A stretch of DNA of 64,000 bases from Mobula hypostoma (Eukaryota): contig NC_086108.1 in assembly GCF_963921235.1 (NCBI RefSeq), positions 91,886,001 to 91,950,000 of the forward strand, read 5' to 3'. The notes under the pieces were generated by a model, which saw only the letters and a list, made by a program, of their open reading frames with translations, searched no databases and had not been told where the DNA came from. Positions 60,832-64,000 of this stretch are shown here, in pieces; position 1 is the stretch's first letter; every line of letters begins with the position of its first letter. The translations under genes and the position numbers were made by a program.

Positions 60832-63805
60832 GTACCTCTTCCTAGAGATGCTGCCCGGCCTGCTGCGTTCACCAACAACTTTTATGTGTGTTGCAGTGAG
60901 CAGCAGTTCTGTGGGTGAATGAGAGAGGTCAGAGGAGAATGACCACTCTGGTCCAAGCTGACAGGAAGGCAACAGTAACTCATTAACCATGTCTTACAAC
61001 AGTGGTGTAAAGAAGAGCATCTCTGAATGCGCAGCATGCTGAACCTTGAAGTGAATGGGCTACAGCAGCAGAAGACCACAAACATACACTCAGTGGCCAC
61101 CTTATTAGGTACAGGAGGTATTTATCAAAATGGGCACTGAGTGTAGACATGTCAAAGATTGGTTCTTCCAAGCTTTAGAGCAAGTACTGTGCCAATAAAA
61201 AACAGACAAGTATTCATTAGTTGTGAATTTCAATAGATTTATTATCCAGTATCAGAGAATGTAAGTTCAGCTGTAATGTTCAGTCTACAAGAAAACTACA
61301 CCAGAAGTTTGATATTGTTTGTAACTATGTTGCCATGTTGAGATTAGAGACAACACTTTGCCATAGTTATGACAGGACTGGGCATGATTCTCGAACATAT
61401 GTATTTTGTGATAAGCAGCCTAACTACAGGAAGATAAGTAAAAACTAAGATTGGTGTTATACAGGCCAACTTATAGGAAACTTTCCCCCAGTATTTAAAA
61501 TTGTATGAGAAATAGAACTATAAACATTTTCTACTGATGGTTTACTGTGGATTCCTCCCTAATACAAAACAGGCAATTCTATCAGACATTGAATGTGCAA
61601 TAACAAATGCTTGAAAAATAACACAAGTATGCAACTTACTGAATTGGTTGCCAAGGGAAACACAAATGGTCTCTTCTGATACAGAGGAAAAAAATGAAAT
61701 TGGGATTTATTTACCACTTAGAAACTGAAGAAACTCGTGGTTACAATGACCTCGAGCAGTACGAAAAGAGTTCAAAAGAAATGATGGTAAACATGAATGT
61801 TGTAAAAAAAATCTGTGTAATTAAGGATCTTACATGGTTAATCTTCTCATGTACATATTATCCTGTGTTCCAGCGCTCTTGGCTGTTTTGCTATTCGAGA
61901 ATTGGACAAGGCTTCTGCAAGCTTAAAACCCCATCATGCAGATGTATCACTGAGAGCTATTTTCAAGGCAAAATGCAGAATTCACAATTTTCTATTAAAC
62001 ACAGCTTAATATAAACACATATTCTTGCTGCATTCAATTTGCGGTCTGAATGATATCATTTATTAATCAAAGACATACAAAATAGGTTTATTCTTAACTT
62101 AAAACAGTCACAGAATGGACCAGAAAGCACAATGAATGATTTCACAGCACAGCGTATTAATCACTCAAATGTTATCTTCTTCACATCATTTATTACAGGG
62201 CACCTTACTCCTTCAGAAAAAGAAGGCAACATGTACATGGAATGCCAAGATGTTAAATCAATACTTTGCATTTACAATTAATTATATGTCGTGGTGGAAA
62301 AACTAAAACTAATAAGGGATTGTGCCAATTTATCATATTTATTGTTTTTTTTCTTGAGAAAATCATCTTCATCAATAATAATCTCTACGTGGGCTCTGAA
62401 ATTCATGCTGATATAAATCAGGTGGCATAAATAAAGACTGCAGATCCTGGGCTTCCGTAGCCCATTATCAGACGTTTTGCAATCTAGGAGCTTTTGTCAT
62501 GTTTATGAAAGACATTAAATAGTTCAGTGAGGTGAGGGTAGGGGGTGGGGGGGTGCGGCTGGGGACAGATGGGGAAGGACAGATAAAGATCATGGAGATG
62601 GTCAGGGATCTCCGATACATAAATATTCAGATGGTATAATTTTTTTTTCCCCTGCGGTGATAGCAGAGGCCATGGTGTTATTACAGATGCTATCTATCAT
62701 CTCTCGCTGTACTTGATATTAAGACAATAATGGAAAGAAAGGGATTATGTGCTTGTGTTAGAGAATCTGAAAGTTATTCTGAAAATAGGAAATGAATGAA
62801 AACAATCTTTCTTCAGGCACCCTGGCTGATTAACAGAATCCTTGCTCACAAATGGTATTTAACAATAAATCCTGCCCAGTGATAAAGAACCAACCACGAT
62901 TCCTAAATGACAGAGGGTGCAACATTTGCTTAACCTAGTCAGCAAGCAAAGCTCTCAAATCTAAAGTTTATCCCAGATGAGTCTGAATTTGGACTGGCTT
63001 TTGGGGAAATCCAGATTTACTCCGTCAGATCGTACAAAACAAAAATTACCTCAGAATTTCAGCCAGAAGCTAATTTTGTGAAGGAGACAGCAGAAAAGTA
63101 ATAAAATCTTAAACTAGGGCTGGAATTACAGACAGACTAGGTTCTCTGTGGTGGCCGCACCACATGAGATAATTAAATTTTGTTGGGTTGATTAAACCTG
63201 AACAGATAGACTATATCTAGAGCTCTTGGAAATCAGCCATCAGTACTGACACTGCCTTCATTCCTTGGGTCTCAACTGGCTACGAGTCACCACAGACTAA
63301 CCAGACAGTCAAATCACCCACAGGAATCACAAGGTACCTGTTAAACTTAGTGGGTTGCCCAATCCTAGCATGTTTGTTTTGACCACCTGAACTATATTGT
63401 TAGGAATTAATAGGAAATAATCAAAATATGGGATGACACAGACTTTAAAATATTGATGCTGGAGTCAGAATTTTCAAATATTTTCTGCTTTTATTTCAGA
63501 CCTCCAGCACTGTCAGTTTCTTCTTAAATTTTCATGCTTTACCTGTGTCAAAGATGTCAAATGAGTACAACTTATGCAGTTACAAAGTGTGGGAAGTGGC
63601 CTTCAGTGTGTTTGAAAGCATGCACCTGGAACCCAGCCATGAAATAAATGTTAAGTTTTATAAGTACTTGACAAAGCATCTGTTTGAGTCGCTCTTTGTG
63701 CTAATTGGCTGCCATGTAGATGCATTCAGAGAATCAGCTCCAAGTGGGCCTAAACAGCAGTCCTTAAAAGAACATTTACATAATAGGTAGGCTCAGTTAA
63801 AAAAT

Positions 63806-64000
63806 AAGACCATAAGACATTAGAGCAGAATTAGGCCATTTGGCTCATCGAGTCCGTTCTGCCATTCTATCATAGCTGATTTATTATTCCCTCTCAACCC
63901 CATTCTCCTGCCTTCTGCCTGTAAGTTTTGACACCATTACTAATCAAGAAACTATTAAACTCTGCGTTAAATATAGAAAATGATCTGACCTCCACAGATG
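63806..64000 (-). mobile_element. CR1 LINE 3' tail running off the window edge
   Basis: AAGACCATAAGACAT.AGAGCAGAATTAGGCCATT, the same tail as at 38046, 49400 and 51254. Confidence 0.8.

Larger units (their letters stand above)
60140..60893. mobile_element. Young composite PLE insert: inverted pLTR plus an internally deleted forward copy
   Basis: TSD CAGTGAGCAGCAGT at 60126-60139 and 60894-60907. Inverted arms ~60171-60465 and ~60598-60894. Confidence 0.88.
59819..61145 (+). mobile_element. Internally deleted Tc1-like element with both ends, containing a PLE insert
   Basis: 5' TIR CA.TCAGTGGCCACTTTATTAGGTA and 3' end GGCACTGAGTG-TA. HTH remnant KKCDLNDFDCGIFAG..VSETANLLGFSCTTVSRVYRE. Confidence 0.8.

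Noticed and set aside
61722..61786. Possible plus-strand exon (ETEETRGYNDLEQYEKSSKEMM) with ag/gt borders
   Set aside because: Weak donor (gtaaac), unrecognised peptide and no partner exons.
1..64000. Prokaryotic systems (CRISPR arrays, operons, retrons) and rRNA/tRNA genes
   Set aside because: There is no regularly spaced repeat-spacer array and no dense coding. All RT motifs belong to eukaryotic retroelements, and the tRNA-like segments are degenerate SINE heads.

Overview
This is vertebrate nuclear DNA (CpG-depleted, AT-rich). The repeat set (abundant CR1, V-SINE/HE1-like SINEs, Rex1/Babar, Penelope-like) suggests an elasmobranch such as a ray or shark; that is an inference. I recognise no host protein-coding gene, so the window looks intronic or intergenic, and a large share of it is nested transposable elements. 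These include many CR1 LINE fragments (one with a ~480-codon RT ORF), Rex1/Babar fragments, a decayed Ty3/Gypsy provirus plus a solo LTR, a Tc1 DD34E transposon, internally deleted Tc1-like elements, V-SINEs and non-autonomous LINE-derived elements. Main observations: (1) Penelope-like (GIY-YIG) elements carry a minimal type I hammerhead ribozyme (AGUC-CUGAnGA-stem II-GAAAC-GUC/GACU), present in about 15 intact or decayed copies, including short TSD-flanked inserts and two fold-back inserts; (2) a young L1/Tx1-like insertion shows a clear twin-priming 5' inversion with a 15-bp TSD; (3) an old inverted duplication about 10 kb apart is tied to Tc1-like ends; (4) there is a candidate 30-nt microexon, and several TE-free blocks may be regulatory. 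All calls were made by eye and element boundaries are approximate.
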